A stretch of 64,000 nt of DNA from Podarcis cretensis (taxonomy: Eukaryota), in contig OX638149.1 in assembly GCA_951804945.1 (NCBI GenBank), positions 95,356,001 through 95,420,000 of the forward strand, written 5' to 3'. Every line of letters begins with the position of its first letter. Position 1 is the stretch's first letter. The translations under genes and the position numbers were made by a program. The notes below the pieces were generated by a model. That model was not told where the DNA came from, made no database searches, and was given only the letters and a program-made list of their open reading frames with translations. This document shows positions 23,820 to 36,361 of this stretch, piece after piece.

Positions 23820-24215
23820 GAGTAGTCTCCCCTAGCGCGCATGTGCACGTGGCGCCCCGTAAGGAATCGCCCCGTTTCCTAGCGACGGAAGAGGGTTGCC
23901 CCGCCCCGCCTTGCCTCGCGTCATTACTCGGCGACTGCTCCAGCGCGCGCTGTCCTCCCTACGTACGCACGAGAGCCTGGAAGGATGGAAGCGTTAGCTT
24001 CGGAGCTGTACGGCGTGCGGGCGGTGCGCTTCGGCGAGTTCGTGCTCAAGAGCGGCCTCCTCTCTCCGGCCTATGTCGACCTGCGCGTCATCGTGTCGCA
24101 CCCGGCCCTGCTCAACAAGGTGAGCCCCACGGGCGGGCGGGAACGGGGCGCGCGTGAGGGAGGAAGGCGGGGCCGAGGCAGTTGGAGGAGGGAGGCCGAG
24201 AGACCAGCGCCTCGT
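23820..24215 (+). promoter_or_regulatory. CpG island / promoter of UMPS
   Basis: Sharp local CpG and GC enrichment over exon 1. NRF1-like GCGCATGTGC 23837-23846, E-box CACGTG 23846-23851, ETS-like CGGAAG 23886-23891, GC boxes CCCCGCCCCGCC 23899-23910. Strong Kozak context aggATGG. Confidence 0.85.
23985..24119 (+). CDS. UMPS: UMP synthase exon 1 (MEALASELY...[19 protein letters not shown]...NK)
   Basis: ATG at 23985; OPRTase FxLKSG and YxDLR motifs; AAG|gtgagc. Confidence 0.97.
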
Positions 24216-25173
24216 GTTTCTGTTGCAGCTGGGGGTCATTATAAGCAGCGCTGTGCAGCTGTAAGAACTGGTCCTGACTGGGGTTTGCCTCTCCTCATTT
24301 TTTTCCTTCCCCCTTTTGGGGGAAAAGGGTTTACGAGGGTGTAAACGGGGGGCAGCTTGCTGCTATCGAATTTATGTCAGCTTCTCTGTGAGCCTTTTCA
24401 GCAGGACAAAAATGCTTTAATGCCTTTTCTCATTTAGTGCTCTCGATACTAATGGACAACAGCTGTCATCATCTCCGGCCCTAACCATGTTGACTGGGAC
24501 TGAGGGGAGTTGGAGGCCAGCCATGCCTGAATATTTGAAAAGCCTCTTTTAAACAAGCAAACAAACATGGCAAGAGTGTTAGAAGAGTCAGAAAGGGACC
24601 ACGAGGGTCAACTAGTTGCTGGGGAAGAGGGCGGCTGTCAAAGATGATACAATCCTGCCAGCTAGTAGTACTCCTGGAACCATGTTGGGGTGGGTTTTTC
24701 CCTCATGCATAATTGGCTGTAGTGGAAGGTGAGGTTGAGGGATATGGATGGAAGAAGGGCACAAAGAGATAAGAACATTGTTCTGTCTTGTCAGCATTGT
24801 TGCAAAGGATACCCTTCTCAGAACTCGGTAGCATACCTTATCATTTATGCCATATTCAACCAAATAGTTGTGCTAGCGGAACTCAACACAAGAATTCCCA
24901 CTAGTGCAACAGAGATCACACAAATACATGATTCTTCCAAGGAAATAATTAAGCTATCACTGCTTGTTGCTCCTCAACCTAAATACAAAGAACACAAGCA
25001 TAATTAGATGATGAAGTAAGCATCATGTGAAGAAACAAAATCCATGTGATCTTTGGTGCTTATGGTTTCGCTTTCTGGTGATTCTTTGTGGACTCTCCTT
25101 ATTTTATTGACAATGTATTAATGTTTGGTTATAATGGTAGAACCTATTTAATATTTAAAACTCTTTCTTTCAG

Positions 25174-25327
25174 GTAGCAGGTTTCCTTTTTCAAACAGCA
25201 AAGGATGCTGCAATCAAGTATGACTCGGTGTGCGGGGTCCCATACACGGCTTTGCCCCTGGCTACAATCATCTGCTCAACCAACCAGATCCCAATGCTTA
25301 TACGGCGAAAAGAAGCTAAAGATTATG
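25174..25327 (+). CDS. UMPS: UMP synthase exon 2 ([10 protein letters not shown]...[13 protein letters not shown]...IRRKEAKDY)
   Basis: ttcag|GTAGCA ... TATG|gtaaaa; RRKEAKDYG loop. Not in the ORF track. Confidence 0.97.
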
Positions 25328-25508
25328 GTAAAAAGAATCAAATTTACCTAGATGATATATATTGGCATTATAAGCAATGAATATTCAAGACAGCAAAAAT
25401 GTTTATAATAAATTAACAAAGTTTCCAACTTCCTCAGTAGTGTGTATACAGTTTGTTGTTTTAGCAGATCTAGAAAGGTAATAATTTGATGTACATAACA
25501 CAACTGTG

Positions 25509-25611
25509 TTTTGACCAAACTGCGGGAGGTAGTGGAAGACAGAAGTGCCTGGCGTGCTCTGGTCCATGGGGTCATGAAGAGTCGAACACGACTAAACGAC
25601 TAAACAACAAC
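25509..25611 (+). mobile_element. 5'-truncated Bov-B (RTE clade) LINE 3' end
   Basis: gcctggcgtgctctggtccatggggtcatgaagagtcgaacacgactaaacgactaaa(caa)n. 12-bp TSD aacaca[a/c]ctgtg at 25497-25508 and 25612-25623. Confidence 0.88.
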
Positions 25612-25701
25612 AACACACCTGTGATTTAGGAGCCTTAGTGCAGAAGTTTTAACCACAAGTTTTTATTAACTGGTGTAGTGCACATGTTGTTTTTAATAAT
25701 A

Positions 25702-25926
25702 CAGTGGTACCTCTAGTTATGGACTTAATTCTTTCCGGAGGTCTGTTCTTAACCTGAAACTGTTCTTAACTAGAGGCGTGCTTTCGCTAATGGGGCCTCT
25801 TGCTGCCACTGCGCCGCCAGCACACAATTTCCATTCTCATCCTGGGGCAAAGTTCTCAACTCGAGGTAACTCTTCCAGGTTAGTGGAGTTTGTAACCTGA
25901 GGTATTTGTAACTCGAGGTACCACTA
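25702..25926. mobile_element. Tigger/pogo-like MITE, copy b (UMPS intron 2)
   Basis: TA|CAGTGGTACCTC ... GAGGTACCACTA|TA. Confidence 0.88.
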
Positions 25927-26016
25927 TAGTAGCAATAATATTTTCAGTTGAGCTGGCAAGCTTGGTTTTTTTTGTATTGGTAGGTTAATGAAAAATGCCC
26001 TTTTTTGCTTCAAAAG

Positions 26017-26685
26017 GTACCAAACGTCTTGTGGAGGGGACTATAAACTCAGGAGAAACTTGTCTGATCATTGAAGATGTAGTTACCACTGGTTCAAGTG
26101 TTCTGGAGACGGCAGAGACCCTTCGGAAAGAGGGGTTGAAGGTTACAGATGCTATAGTGCTTTTGGACAGAGAGCAAGGAGGGGTAGCCCTGTTGGAGAA
26201 GCATGGCATACGCCTACACTCTGTATGCACCTTATCTAAAATTCTCAAGATCCTTGAGCAGCAAGAAAAAGTTTCTCCTGAGATGGTGGCAAGAGTAGAA
26301 AAATTCATCCAGGAGAATATTATTAAACCACCTGAGCAAAATGGTACTCCTCCCGTGAAAAGAATGTGCAAAGAAATGAGCTTTGCTGCTCGGGCTGAAC
26401 TGCCAGACACTCATCCCCTCGCTGCACAACTTCTCAGGCTGATGGAGAAAAAGCAGTCTAATTTGTGTCTTTCTGCTGATGTGACTAACTCCAAAGAATT
26501 GCTCCAGCTCGCTGCGACTTTGGGCCCTTCCATCTGTATCTTGAAGACTCACATTGATATTCTGGATGATTTCACCCAAGAAATAGCCAAGGAGTTGAGA
26601 GCACTTGCAGATAAGCATGAATTCTTGATATTTGAAGATCGCAAGTTTGCAGACATTGGAAATACTGTGAAGCATCAGTATGAAG
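26017..26685 (+). CDS. UMPS: UMP synthase exon 3 (PRPP-binding [11 protein letters not shown], linker, OMP decarboxylase KTHID and [12 protein letters not shown])
   Basis: aag|GTACC ... GAAG|gtgaat; catalytic DxKxxDIxxT motif. Confidence 0.98.
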
Positions 26686-27137
26686 GTGAATTTGGCATAA
26701 CTACTAACCCCTCTCCTCTTTTCAACCTATAATGTGTTGCATATCTCTATAGGGCTGCATATGTTCCTAGTACTCTTAATTTGAAATGTTGATGTGGCCT
26801 TCACTGACTTGAAACTAGCTCTTTATTTTCAAGCCTTCAAGGGCCTTGCTTTTGAGCTGACTTTTATTCAGATTGTATGCTATATTGAGAAAAATAATAC
26901 TGAGGAAATCAATCCTGAGGCTAGCCTACAGGGTGCTAACAAATATAGAATATTGATATCCCATATTGTGATAGTACTGTGTAGTTATGACCTTGATAGG
27001 TGTAGAAAATATGACTCGACAATATTTCTACAGTGGTAATAAAAGTTGTGAAAAGGGTATCCCTGGTTAATCTCTTAAGTAGTTATCTGATTGCCAAAAA
27101 GACGCTTAACTGATACATTGTATATTTTCTGTTTCAG

Positions 27138-27313
27138 GTGGTATTTTCAAAATAGCATCCTGGTCAGATATAGTTAATGCTCATGCTGTTCCTGGACCTG
27201 GAGTTGTTAAGGGATTGAAAGAAATAGGGCATCCTTTACAGAGAGGGTGTCTCTTGATTGGTGAGATGAGCTCAGAAGGGTCGCTGGCCACTGGTGACTA
27301 TACAAAAGCTGTG
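27138..27313 (+). CDS. UMPS: UMP synthase exon 4 ([22 protein letters not shown]...[17 protein letters not shown])
   Basis: ttcag|GTGGT ... GTG|gtaagt; phases consistent. Confidence 0.97.
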
Positions 27314-27901
27314 GTAAGTTGGAGCGTTCATCTCAACAAAATGTCTTGAATGGTCTAGATCTCCCACCACCACCACCCGGGAGGAGGGGAAGCTCTTTTG
27401 AAAAGCAGCATTTCTTGGATTTTAATGTGCTACTTTAAGTTTCTCCAATTGGACATAGCCAGCAAAGATAATATTTGCTGGTGCTTTTTCTGGAATAGAT
27501 CAGAATGGAAGTGTAGCAGCATAATACTGCAGTGAAATTAATGTCTGAGGAAAAGTAGTGGGAGTTTACACTTCTGAAAAATGAAAAACAAAGTTCTTGG
27601 GGGAGTGTGGGTAGGAATTGAGGGAAATGGGGTGAGGCAGAGGAAGCAAGGAGGTTATGTTTGTGATTGGCATGCTCATTTGCTAATGAGATAATGGTAT
27701 CCATTGTGAATGGAGGTAAGTGGATTGTATGATGTTCTGATCAGTACAGTCTCTTGATTCTTTATCATGTTGTCTTGATTTTGTTAAGGCTGCAAGTCTT
27801 TGTGCTTGCATAATAGCACCTTGTTTAGTATTTGTACCTCCATTCTAGAGCAAGAGTGTAAAGCATTTTCTAACTGCTCTTGTTTACTTGTTTTCCTTTA
27901 G

Positions 27902-28016
27902 GTTAAAATGGCCGAGGAACACTCGGATTTTATTCTGGGATTTATTTCTGGCTCCAGAATTATTGACAAACCTGAATTTCTTCATCTGACTCCTGGTGTT
28001 CAGATGCTGGCTGGAG
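27902..28016 (+). CDS. UMPS: UMP synthase exon 5 ([17 protein letters not shown]...[11 protein letters not shown])
   Basis: ttag|GTTAAA ... GGAG|gtaagc; TPGV motif. Confidence 0.97.
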
Positions 28017-28577
28017 GTAAGCAATTCTGTGGCACTTTATTTGATGGTACAAAATATTTATGAAAATACCAGAATAATTGAAATAATTCAGAGGTACACT
28101 CATAAATATTTCTGGTTTGTATGCTGGTGAGGGTGAAAATACAGTCAAAGTCCCGAGTAGTTCCTGTTCAGATTATACCCTTCCCTGTCCTAACATTAAG
28201 ATTGCCTTTAGATTTGTATGTCTGGTTCTGCATTCCCTAGCCTTGGGTGAGAGATCACATCCAAATAGTCTCAGAATTGCCCAATTCATGTACTACAGTG
28301 AGGAGAGTGGGGAAGATGATAAACAGGTCTACAAAGTAAAATGTAGAAGTAAAACATACTAACTGTTCCACACTAGGAGCAGCCAAATAAGTGCAGTATC
28401 ATAAAATACAATATACAAGTTACCTAAATGTTCATAATGCTCTGTCCAGTATTTTCTTATTTCATTCACTGAAAACTGTAACTAGATATTAAGGTTACTG
28501 GAAATAATTTCCTACTTATCTGTGCTTGTATGCAAGTTCAGAATTTGTAACAGCAGATAAATCACATCTCTCACATA

Positions 28578-28619
28578 TGTTTCCATGTGTCAATCGCTTG
28601 TTTCCATGTGTCAATCGCT
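28578..28619. repeat. Perfect tandem duplication, 2 x 21 bp (tgtttccatgtgtcaatcgct)
   Basis: Direct reading. Confidence 0.9.
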
Positions 28620-29021
28620 CCCCTGTAGCCTCCTGCGCTACACTGTAGGGTGCTGGAGGTCCCTCCAGGGCAGATCTTAAGGGTCTGTTGGGAGAGGAAT
28701 GGGAAGTCCTGCTGTATGCGTGAATCTCTGCACACATAGCCTTGGCTGCAAACCAGTCCCTGCTGTTTTGTATGCAACCTTGCAATGCTTTAAATTATAT
28801 GCAAATATCAAGGCATATTTGCCATGGATATGCCAGTGAGGCTTTATGTTTCATATTTAATCAGTGTTAATAACCCTTTAAGAAAGCTGTTATTTTGTGC
28901 TATTTGGTTATTATTATTTGCTCTGATGTGCAGTACCTCATGTTGTTGATTATCTCATCTTGGTTAGATCCTTTTAGAGCATGCCTATTTCCTGTGCACA
29001 CTTAATAGCATTTTAATAATA

Positions 29022-29262
29022 CAGTGGTACCTCGGTTTACGAACTTAATCTGTTCCGGAAGTCTGTTCTTAAACCAAAACCATTCTTAAACCAAGGCGTG
29101 CTTTCCCCAATGAGGCCTCCCGCCGCCAGTGCCCTTCCACCGTTCAGATTCCGTTGTAAGACTGAGGTAAAGTTCTCAAACCAAGACACTGTTTCCATTT
29201 TTGCAGAGTTTGTAAACCAAATCGTTCTTAAACCAGACTGTTCTTAAACCGAGGTATCAGTG
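29022..29262. mobile_element. Tigger/pogo-like MITE, copy c (variant subfamily, UMPS intron 5)
   Basis: TA|CAGTGGTACCTCGGTTTA ... TAAACCGAGGTATCAGTG|TA; internal repeat TTCTTAAACC. Confidence 0.85.
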
Positions 29263-29400
29263 TATAAGGATAAATCTGTACCCAGTGTTAGCATGGGGAA
29301 CACTTTCTGGAGGTCACCAGCATTCTTGAAACTCTTTTATGAAGGAAACTCCTGGAGAGCAAGCATAACATGGCATATTTGTGATTGTGATCCATTGCAG

Positions 29401-29576
29401 GTGATAAGCTTGGGCAGAAGTACCTCAGCCCTCAGGAAGTGATTGATAAAAGAGGTTCGGATATCATCATTGTCGGCCGTGGTATCTTATCTGCGCCCAG
29501 TCGCCCAGATGAAGCAGAGACTTATAGGAAAGTAGCATGGGAAAGCTACTTGCAGAGAATTGGTGCACAAAAATAG
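29401..29576 (+). CDS. UMPS: UMP synthase exon 6 (GDKLGQKY...DIIIVGRGI...[13 protein letters not shown])
   Basis: gcag|GTGAT; IVGRGI phosphate-binding motif; TAG at 29574-29576. Total CDS 1425 nt = 474 aa. Confidence 0.97.
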
Positions 29577-30174
29577 TACAACTGCTGTGTTTCATTAAGC
29601 AAACCAAATTCTAGAAGCAGGAAGGATTGAGCAGGTAATTCTTTGTTGTTATTTTGCCTAATGTTGTTGTATGTTAAAATTTTGCTATAAAGTTATTTGA
29701 GAATCAGTACAGAAATTGTAAATTTTGACTCTGAATTCAAACAGCTGTGTGTCGTCTGCTATCCCATTTTTAAAAACACTTTAAAGGGTTTTTTTTTTTT
29801 AACTCCAGTGGTTTTGTGAACCACAGAGCCATAAAGATTGTGAGAAAAGAGGAAGCCGAGCAAATCCTGATCACATTGCATTTGCAGTTTAAAGTTAGTT
29901 GCTGTTCTCAGTTGTGTTAAAATGTAAGGACTGAGAGTGTAATAGGCCCTCTTCCACAGAGCAGTTTCTCCATCCAGTATTTGGTGCTTTAGATCATGAT
30001 GTGAAATACGTTTCAAAATCTTGCTCAGGTGCAGAAATTGTGTGCCTTAGATATTAATATGCTTGTGTACTACGTGGAGATGATGCATTCCATTAATGAT
30101 CTGCTACCTCAAAGCACATTCAGGATCCTTGCTTCTCAATTGCCTCACTGGTAAAATGCAGTGGTTGTCACAAC

Positions 30175-30180
30175 AATAAA
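30175..30180 (+). terminator. Candidate UMPS poly(A) signal (alternative at 30845-30850)
   Basis: First AATAAA seen after the UMPS stop, about 600 nt downstream. Confidence 0.5.
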
Positions 30181-30568
30181 GTAAACTTCAAAAAGACTAT
30201 GTTTAAATGGTATGAGAATGGGAAGATCTTTTTGTACATTAAATACTCTGGATGATACCCAGTGCATGGATATCCTCTTCCTCCCCCTGAGCCCCCCCCC
30301 AAAAAAAAAAAATCTGCCATGAAATGTCCCCAACCCTCTGGAGTAGAGGAAGGGCAAGTTCCACTGTGAGCAGAAGTATGTTCCACTTGCAGACAAGACA
30401 AAGTTGGGTGTCAATATATGCTTTTGTAAATTTCAAGCCCTTCTAGTGAACATTTGCATTCTAGAGATCTTGTCTTAAAAAAAAAAAATAATAATTTGTA
30501 TCATTGTATAAAATTTAAGCCACCAGAGGGTGCTATAACCCTTTGTGTTTTTCAAAAGTTTCTTTACT

Positions 30569-30806
30569 TAGGGTTGCCATGCATCCGGAATTTCCCAGAC
30601 ATATTTGGAATACCGCAGTCGTCAGCAGTGTCTGGGCAGAAATCACCCAACTGGGAAATTCTGGACATATGGCAGCCCATGTCAGCAATGCCAATTTGGC
30701 CAATTTTTCCTTAAAATAGCTGCAAAATGTCAATTTTTTGCAATCTTGCCAGAAAAAGCACAACTTTTCTGTCCGGATTTTCACTGTTTGAAATATGGCA
30801 ACCCTA
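30569..30806. mobile_element. hAT (Blackjack-like) non-autonomous DNA transposon
   Basis: Perfect 12-bp TIR TAGGGTTGCCAT / ATGGCAACCCTA; near-duplicated flank ctttac on both sides. Confidence 0.8.
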
Positions 30807-33800
30807 CTTTACATAGACTTGTGTATTACTGTTTGGTCTTCCACAATAAATAACTGCTGAGAACTAAGAAAGTAAACTTACCTATTGTTTAGGACTTGCC
30901 AACTACTTTTGCTGGAATATAAATGTGAAAGCAGCTGTCTGCTGTATAAAATATTTGTCATTTGTGCTGCTTTGGAACAAAATATACAAATGCAGATGTA
31001 CTCTTCTCCTAACCATCTTTAGGAGGTCCATGCAGGCTCAGCACTACTCTTACCACCTGTTTGAGTTACACCCCCTTTCTGCCATTGTCTGTGTATTCAG
31101 TGTAATATCTGTGTTGATATAAGACAGTTGATGGGTCTAGCCATACTTTTAACATTTCCCTAGAGCAGTGGTAGGCAGAGAGCATTTTTAAATGTGCCTG
31201 CATCACTCATATGGGTTGGTGTGAGAAAATAGAGAAAATAGATACTCCTGAAACGCAACAGTTGGAGATGATTGAGAGGGAAGTGTCCAAGGCTGTCCCA
31301 AGTATAAAGAACTGTTTAATTGAAGTAGTAGATATTTAACAGAAAAGAACTGTGTTTTCACTTCAGTAAACAAAATAGGGGAGTTCTGTTTTGACAAAAT
31401 GATAGTAGCTGGTTCTCCTTTGTTTTGTTGCACATACCTCCTTCATTTAGATCGGACTTATTGTTAGCATACATTACTATTTGTATGTGCTTGGCCTTAA
31501 TTGGCATGGTTTTGGAAGCGGCCAAGGGAACAATGCTTTTCATTCAGGCACATCTCTGTAAAGAAATCTGTGTCCAGGGTTAATGTGTCCTATAATCTCT
31601 AATTTTACATTCCCTGGCATCCTTCCATATGTTAGGAACATGAGAACTAGGTCACAATTTGTTTGTGTGTTTTTTTAAAAAAAACCTCATTTGCATTATA
31701 TACCATAGGCATTCCTAGCTGAGGCAGTAAATGAATTACAGGGAGACAGGCGCTGGATGTGCTAACCTCTGCTAGTTTATAAAACAACTTGAATTTCTTA
31801 ATTGTATCTTTTTTGTAAAATAAGTGGGGTTTTTTTAAGTGGCTACATTTGACTTTTATACATTTAAGCTGATGCAGTCTTTGGCGTTGTGGTCATCAGG
31901 TGATATTTCTTGTTAGACTGGTTGCTTGGCAAACTTCTGTGCCAAGGAAATGCAGTAGCTTAATGACGGCAGAAATATTCATTCTGCAGTTATTTACTGG
32001 CTTGCGGTACTTGTTGAAGAACCAAATCCATCAGAGATTGTTACTTCATTCAATACTAGGCACTGAGCCAACTACGCCAATAACAGTGATTCTCCATAAC
32101 TGGCTGTTATTGAAATGCTCATTACAGATTATTATAGGAATGACACAAACACTTGATAGCCATTTAAATTCTGTAGTTCTGTCCCATTCTCTGTTGAAGT
32201 GTTCAACGGCCATTTCATTCAGAAGGTGTAAGTGGCATGAGGTGCTTTGCAGTACCTAATAGTTGTTGTCTTCAAGTTTCCACCCCACCTTTAATTTGGC
32301 TGCTTTACATTTTCATTTTGAGATGAAGCTGGAGCCAGTTTATTTTAACAGTGAAGGACAATTTCAGCCTTTTGTAACGTGGCCCTTTATCACTGTAAAT
32401 CTGTTATAGGCAACCTTTCTTTGCTATTAGCCAAACAGTGCTTTTCCATTATGTCCAGCCACTATGATGTGTAAGAGACAACTTTATTTGTGTGAGTGAA
32501 TTAGTTAATGTGGTTAAGATGGAAAGTTCATAAGTTCTAGTGTGTCAGGTAATTGTACAACTCTTCTCATTCCTCCATCAATCCTGGCTTTGATTGATGA
32601 GTGTTCTATTTTTACATGCCATAGGCTGTTCTCTTCTTATTGGTTATGTTGCCATTATAAAGCCTTTAGAGGCCTTGAGGGAAAGGTGGCATATAAAAAT
32701 GTTAAATAAACACAGTTTGATGCTGGGTAGCAGATAGTAATTGTGTTCATTGCAGCAAGCTTAAACAGCCTATTGGTCTATGTCTGCACCTACTGCTCCA
32801 GCAGGAAATGAAAATAACTTGGTTTTCTCCTGGCAAATGCATTTTGTGACCTGTAAGGGTCAGAATGAGAGAATCAGTGGTAGCTTGGCTAGCCTTTTAT
32901 TTATTTTATGTTGCCTTCTGCACTGAGGCTGTGATACAACAGTCTCTTAAACTACCATAAGAAATAGATATACTCTAATTCTCAAGATTATGTTTCTTTC
33001 TTTTTTAAAATTGGAGGTTTGTTTTGCAGGCTCAACTAATGGATAAAGAAATGCTTCCAGGCATTAGGCTACACAATTAGAGATAAGTTGTAGCCTTAAA
33101 TTCATACTTGATGTTGGGAGTGATAGTTTAACTGGGAAGTTTAAGAAACTGTCATTAAAGTCCTAACAAAATTCAGTTTGCAGCTGCCTGCTATATTGAA
33201 ACTGGACAATGTTTGCAGTAATATTGTATGTATAAGGGAAGTGTATAGAGCCTTATTTTTTATAATTGCAGAGTCACGAAATGTTTTGAGCACTGTTCTT
33301 TCCCCAGTCATTGCAAGAACTTGAAGCAGCACTTCATTAAAATCATATTTGGGTTTGTGATAATGGTCTTTGTGTGCTTAAGACCTTTCATACATGTCAT
33401 ATTAAACCTGAGCTGCTGCTGTGATGCTATGGTCATTACTTGGTGGAGTAGGTGCAAGTGGCTACCCCATGTGCTTTGCAGTTGTCATTTTGCTACATGT
33501 CGGCTGCGTGGAATAATATGAAATTTCTCCCTTCCTGGGCTGCAGTAGTCCCACCACTCACTCGATTTTGCTTTTCAGCCCATCCAATTGTTTGCCTGTT
33601 GCCACACCTCTTCATTACAGATTATTGAACAGTGAACCTAGCAACTTTGCCCCTTGGACAAGGTGACGCAGCATTAAGGCTGATTTTTTCGCGAAGAGGA
33701 AATGCAATGTCACTGCCAACAAACAGTAAGCTTTATAAAACAAAAGTACTTTATACGCTGCCTCTCTGTAACTAGGCATTTAGAAACCTGATCTTAATAC

Positions 33801-34362
33801 ATTTAACACTGTGCTTCTTTAAAGATCTTTATTGTTCAGTGTTAAAGTAGATTAGGTTAAACCTAACGTGTCATATAGTGAGAACTAGTGAGCAGCCTTT
33901 AGAGGACATCTAGTTGTCTCCTTTGCCAGCATGCAAAACTGGTGACATTGAACAGAAACAGAGATTATGTATCTTAAGTTTTGTGGTTAGTTGAATTATG
34001 CAAATATTACAGTGTCTACACTTGGGTTTATTTTATTTTCACCATGGGTCACGTAGTGAGCATGTGTACTTGGAAGTAAAGTTCAGTGGGAATTAATCCT
34101 AAATAAGCATGCTTGGAGTCAAAACATTTCCAGCTACTTAAAAGCTACTGTGACTGCTGTAACGTGGAATTTCAGATAACTGAACAGTTTGTAAGTGTAC
34201 AGGTTAACCTAAATGATGGGCTGAACAAGCAGTCTTCCTTGTTTATATTAATTTAAATTCTGATAAAAAGTCCTTAAATACAGTGCAACACACCTTTCAT
34301 AAAAAAAATTGATCATGGAAGCAAAGGAATAAGTATACTCATAGCACATATATGCAATTGCT

Positions 34363-34388
34363 TTTATTTTTTAATATAAAAATTTATT
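34363..34388 (-). terminator. Candidate tandem poly(A) signals of ITGB5
   Basis: TTTATT at 34363-34368 and 34383-34388 (AATAAA on -), about 450 nt past the stop. Confidence 0.55.
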
Positions 34389-34833
34389 CTAAAAACTGTT
34401 TAACACCTGGATTTTTTTTAAAAAAAACAATGCTTCCACCACCTTCTCCAATGCTAGTTTTTCTCCCCTAAAAACCAGCAGTGACACAATACCCCTATGA
34501 AATGGACCTGCATGTTTTTTTCCTACCAAGATATGGCTGAAGCTGCTATATGGCACATTGTTCAATAGGTTGGCGCTTCCGAGGCATCAAGAGCTCCAGG
34601 TCAGTGACAACACATTCTGAGCACATCAGCGGGGCTTGGGTTAGAGATCTGCAGAGCACATGGGCTGCTACCCACTTGTCCTCAATGTGCAATAGAAGCC
34701 ATCTCCTGACATTCAAGTCAAAGTTTAGAATACTGTCCCACTGTAGAGGATTCAGTCTTCCTTTTTGGGAAGCGGTGAGGAAGCCAAGCAACTGTCAAGC
34801 ATTCAACTCTCTCTTCCACCTTCAAGCACAGGG

Positions 34834-34929
34834 TCAATCAACTGTACCATTATAGGTCCTGTTAAGCTTGTTGAATGTGAAATCTAAGCTATGGGTGGAA
34901 ATAGGTTTTCGGTAAAGAGGGTTTGAAGC
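34834..34929 (-). CDS. ITGB5: Integrin beta-5 terminal coding exon ([31 protein letters not shown])
   Basis: gtag|GCTTCAAAC on -; NPLY and NxxY tail motifs with the beta-5-type ending YNGTVD. Not in the ORF track. Confidence 0.97.
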   Translation of the reverse strand, partial: ASNPLYRKPISTHSLDFTFNKLNRTYNGTVD

Positions 34930-35847
34930 CTACAAAAAAGAAAAAAAGGAAGTGATATAAACAGTGTATTTACAGGGAGATTAAACTCTGGACATGAAAA
35001 CCAAATGCAAGTTCTGCTAAAATCAATGGAATCTCATTTGTTTTCCCCTCCCCTTAATGTTATTTTGCTACTCTTTACCCATGCACTCCTAAAGTCTGTA
35101 ATAGTGTTGTGTAGGCCTAGGTGATGTATCAGTGCATCACCCAGGACCAGTATGACAGCCAGACTGCGATAGAGGCGTCAACTAGCACTGTATCACTGGT
35201 GAAACCACTGTCACTCCTGAGTCCCTCTGCCACGGGTGGGGGGGGGGGGAGCTGGCAGAGACCAGCTGGTTTGTCGCTTCAGGAGTGACTGACTAGAAGA
35301 GCCCTCCAGTGTGAAGGCGGAGGCAGCCCCTCCCCCCAAACTGAGTGAGCCCTGATGCCTCACTTGCTTGGGGGGGCTGCCTCTCCCCACCTGACCAGCT
35401 CAAGGAAGCTACGCTGTCTCTCCAAGTAGGCAGGTGGCAGCCAAGCACATTCTCAAGCTCCCTGCATCTGCCTGCCTTGTGTCTTCTTCCACTGGGGTGG
35501 GCTGTCTGTTTCTTCATGGCATGACCAACTGCACCAAGAGCAAAGCCACAGCCTGTCTTCCTGGGCAAAGGCAATTTGAGCTGACAGTACATCGCGGCTC
35601 TTCAGCTGCCGCCAACACAGCCGCTGCACATGTTTGCGTCTCTCCACCCGAGCCACCTCTGCCTCCCTGCACACCATTCTGGTCTCAAGCAGCCTCCATG
35701 AATCCTTCCCTGAACAGAGTAAAGCAAGACTTTCCTTTCCTGCTCTGTAGTCCTCAGCACACATTTGCACATTTCTTCCCACCCCCTATGCACTGAGCCC
35801 TTTTCCAGCTCTTTTCTGCCCCCCCCCCCCATGAAGTGAATGCTTAC

Positions 35848-36014
35848 CATTTCATATCTTGCCCGGGAACGCTCACTTTGGAATCTGGCAAATTCCCGCC
35901 TGTCATGAATAGTGACCAGCAGCTTCCAAATTGCCAAGAGGACAATCCCCAGGAGCACAATGCTGCCTACCACAGCCAGTAAGATCATCATGGCATCAGG
36001 GGCAGTGCTACACT
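35848..36014 (-). CDS. ITGB5: Integrin beta-5 transmembrane exon ([18 protein letters not shown]...[27 protein letters not shown])
   Basis: ccag|AGTGT ... ATG|gtaagc on -; [13 protein letters not shown] motif. Confidence 0.97.
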
Positions 36015-36361
36015 CTGGCAAGGAAAAGAAATGATCATCATTGATAAGGACACTATCTAAATCCAGTGTAAACATCAGAACTTGCCTTTTCAAATACAGG
36101 TATTTTATCAAGCCTGAAAGGTTCAAAACCAACAGCAGAATTTATGAGGCAGTATTTCAGAGACAACAGTTAACTATTAACATATGATCAGCTCTGCTAA
36201 TTCATTTGCAGCATATATATTGTTGCAGCAGCAGAGTTTTTATATATCCCCAATCCAGCAAGTGGTTACTTCTGTGCACATATAAGGTCACTGAATGGGT
36301 AAATTCACATGTCCTTTTGCTTGCTGCATGTGACAGCTCCATATGTATAGCATTTTTAAGA

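Noticed and set aside
25985-26675. Antisense ORFs of 141 and 147 aa over UMPS exon 3, and the 142-aa ORF at 23729-24157
   Set aside because: Shadow ORFs expected opposite or overlapping coding and GC-rich sequence; no recognisable domains.
25702-29262. MITEs flanking UMPS exons 3-5 as circRNA-promoting inverted repeats
   Set aside because: Both copies are in the same orientation; only the short TIRs could pair.
30900-34300. An additional gene between UMPS and ITGB5
   Set aside because: Only short ORFs without recognisable products or a coherent exon chain.
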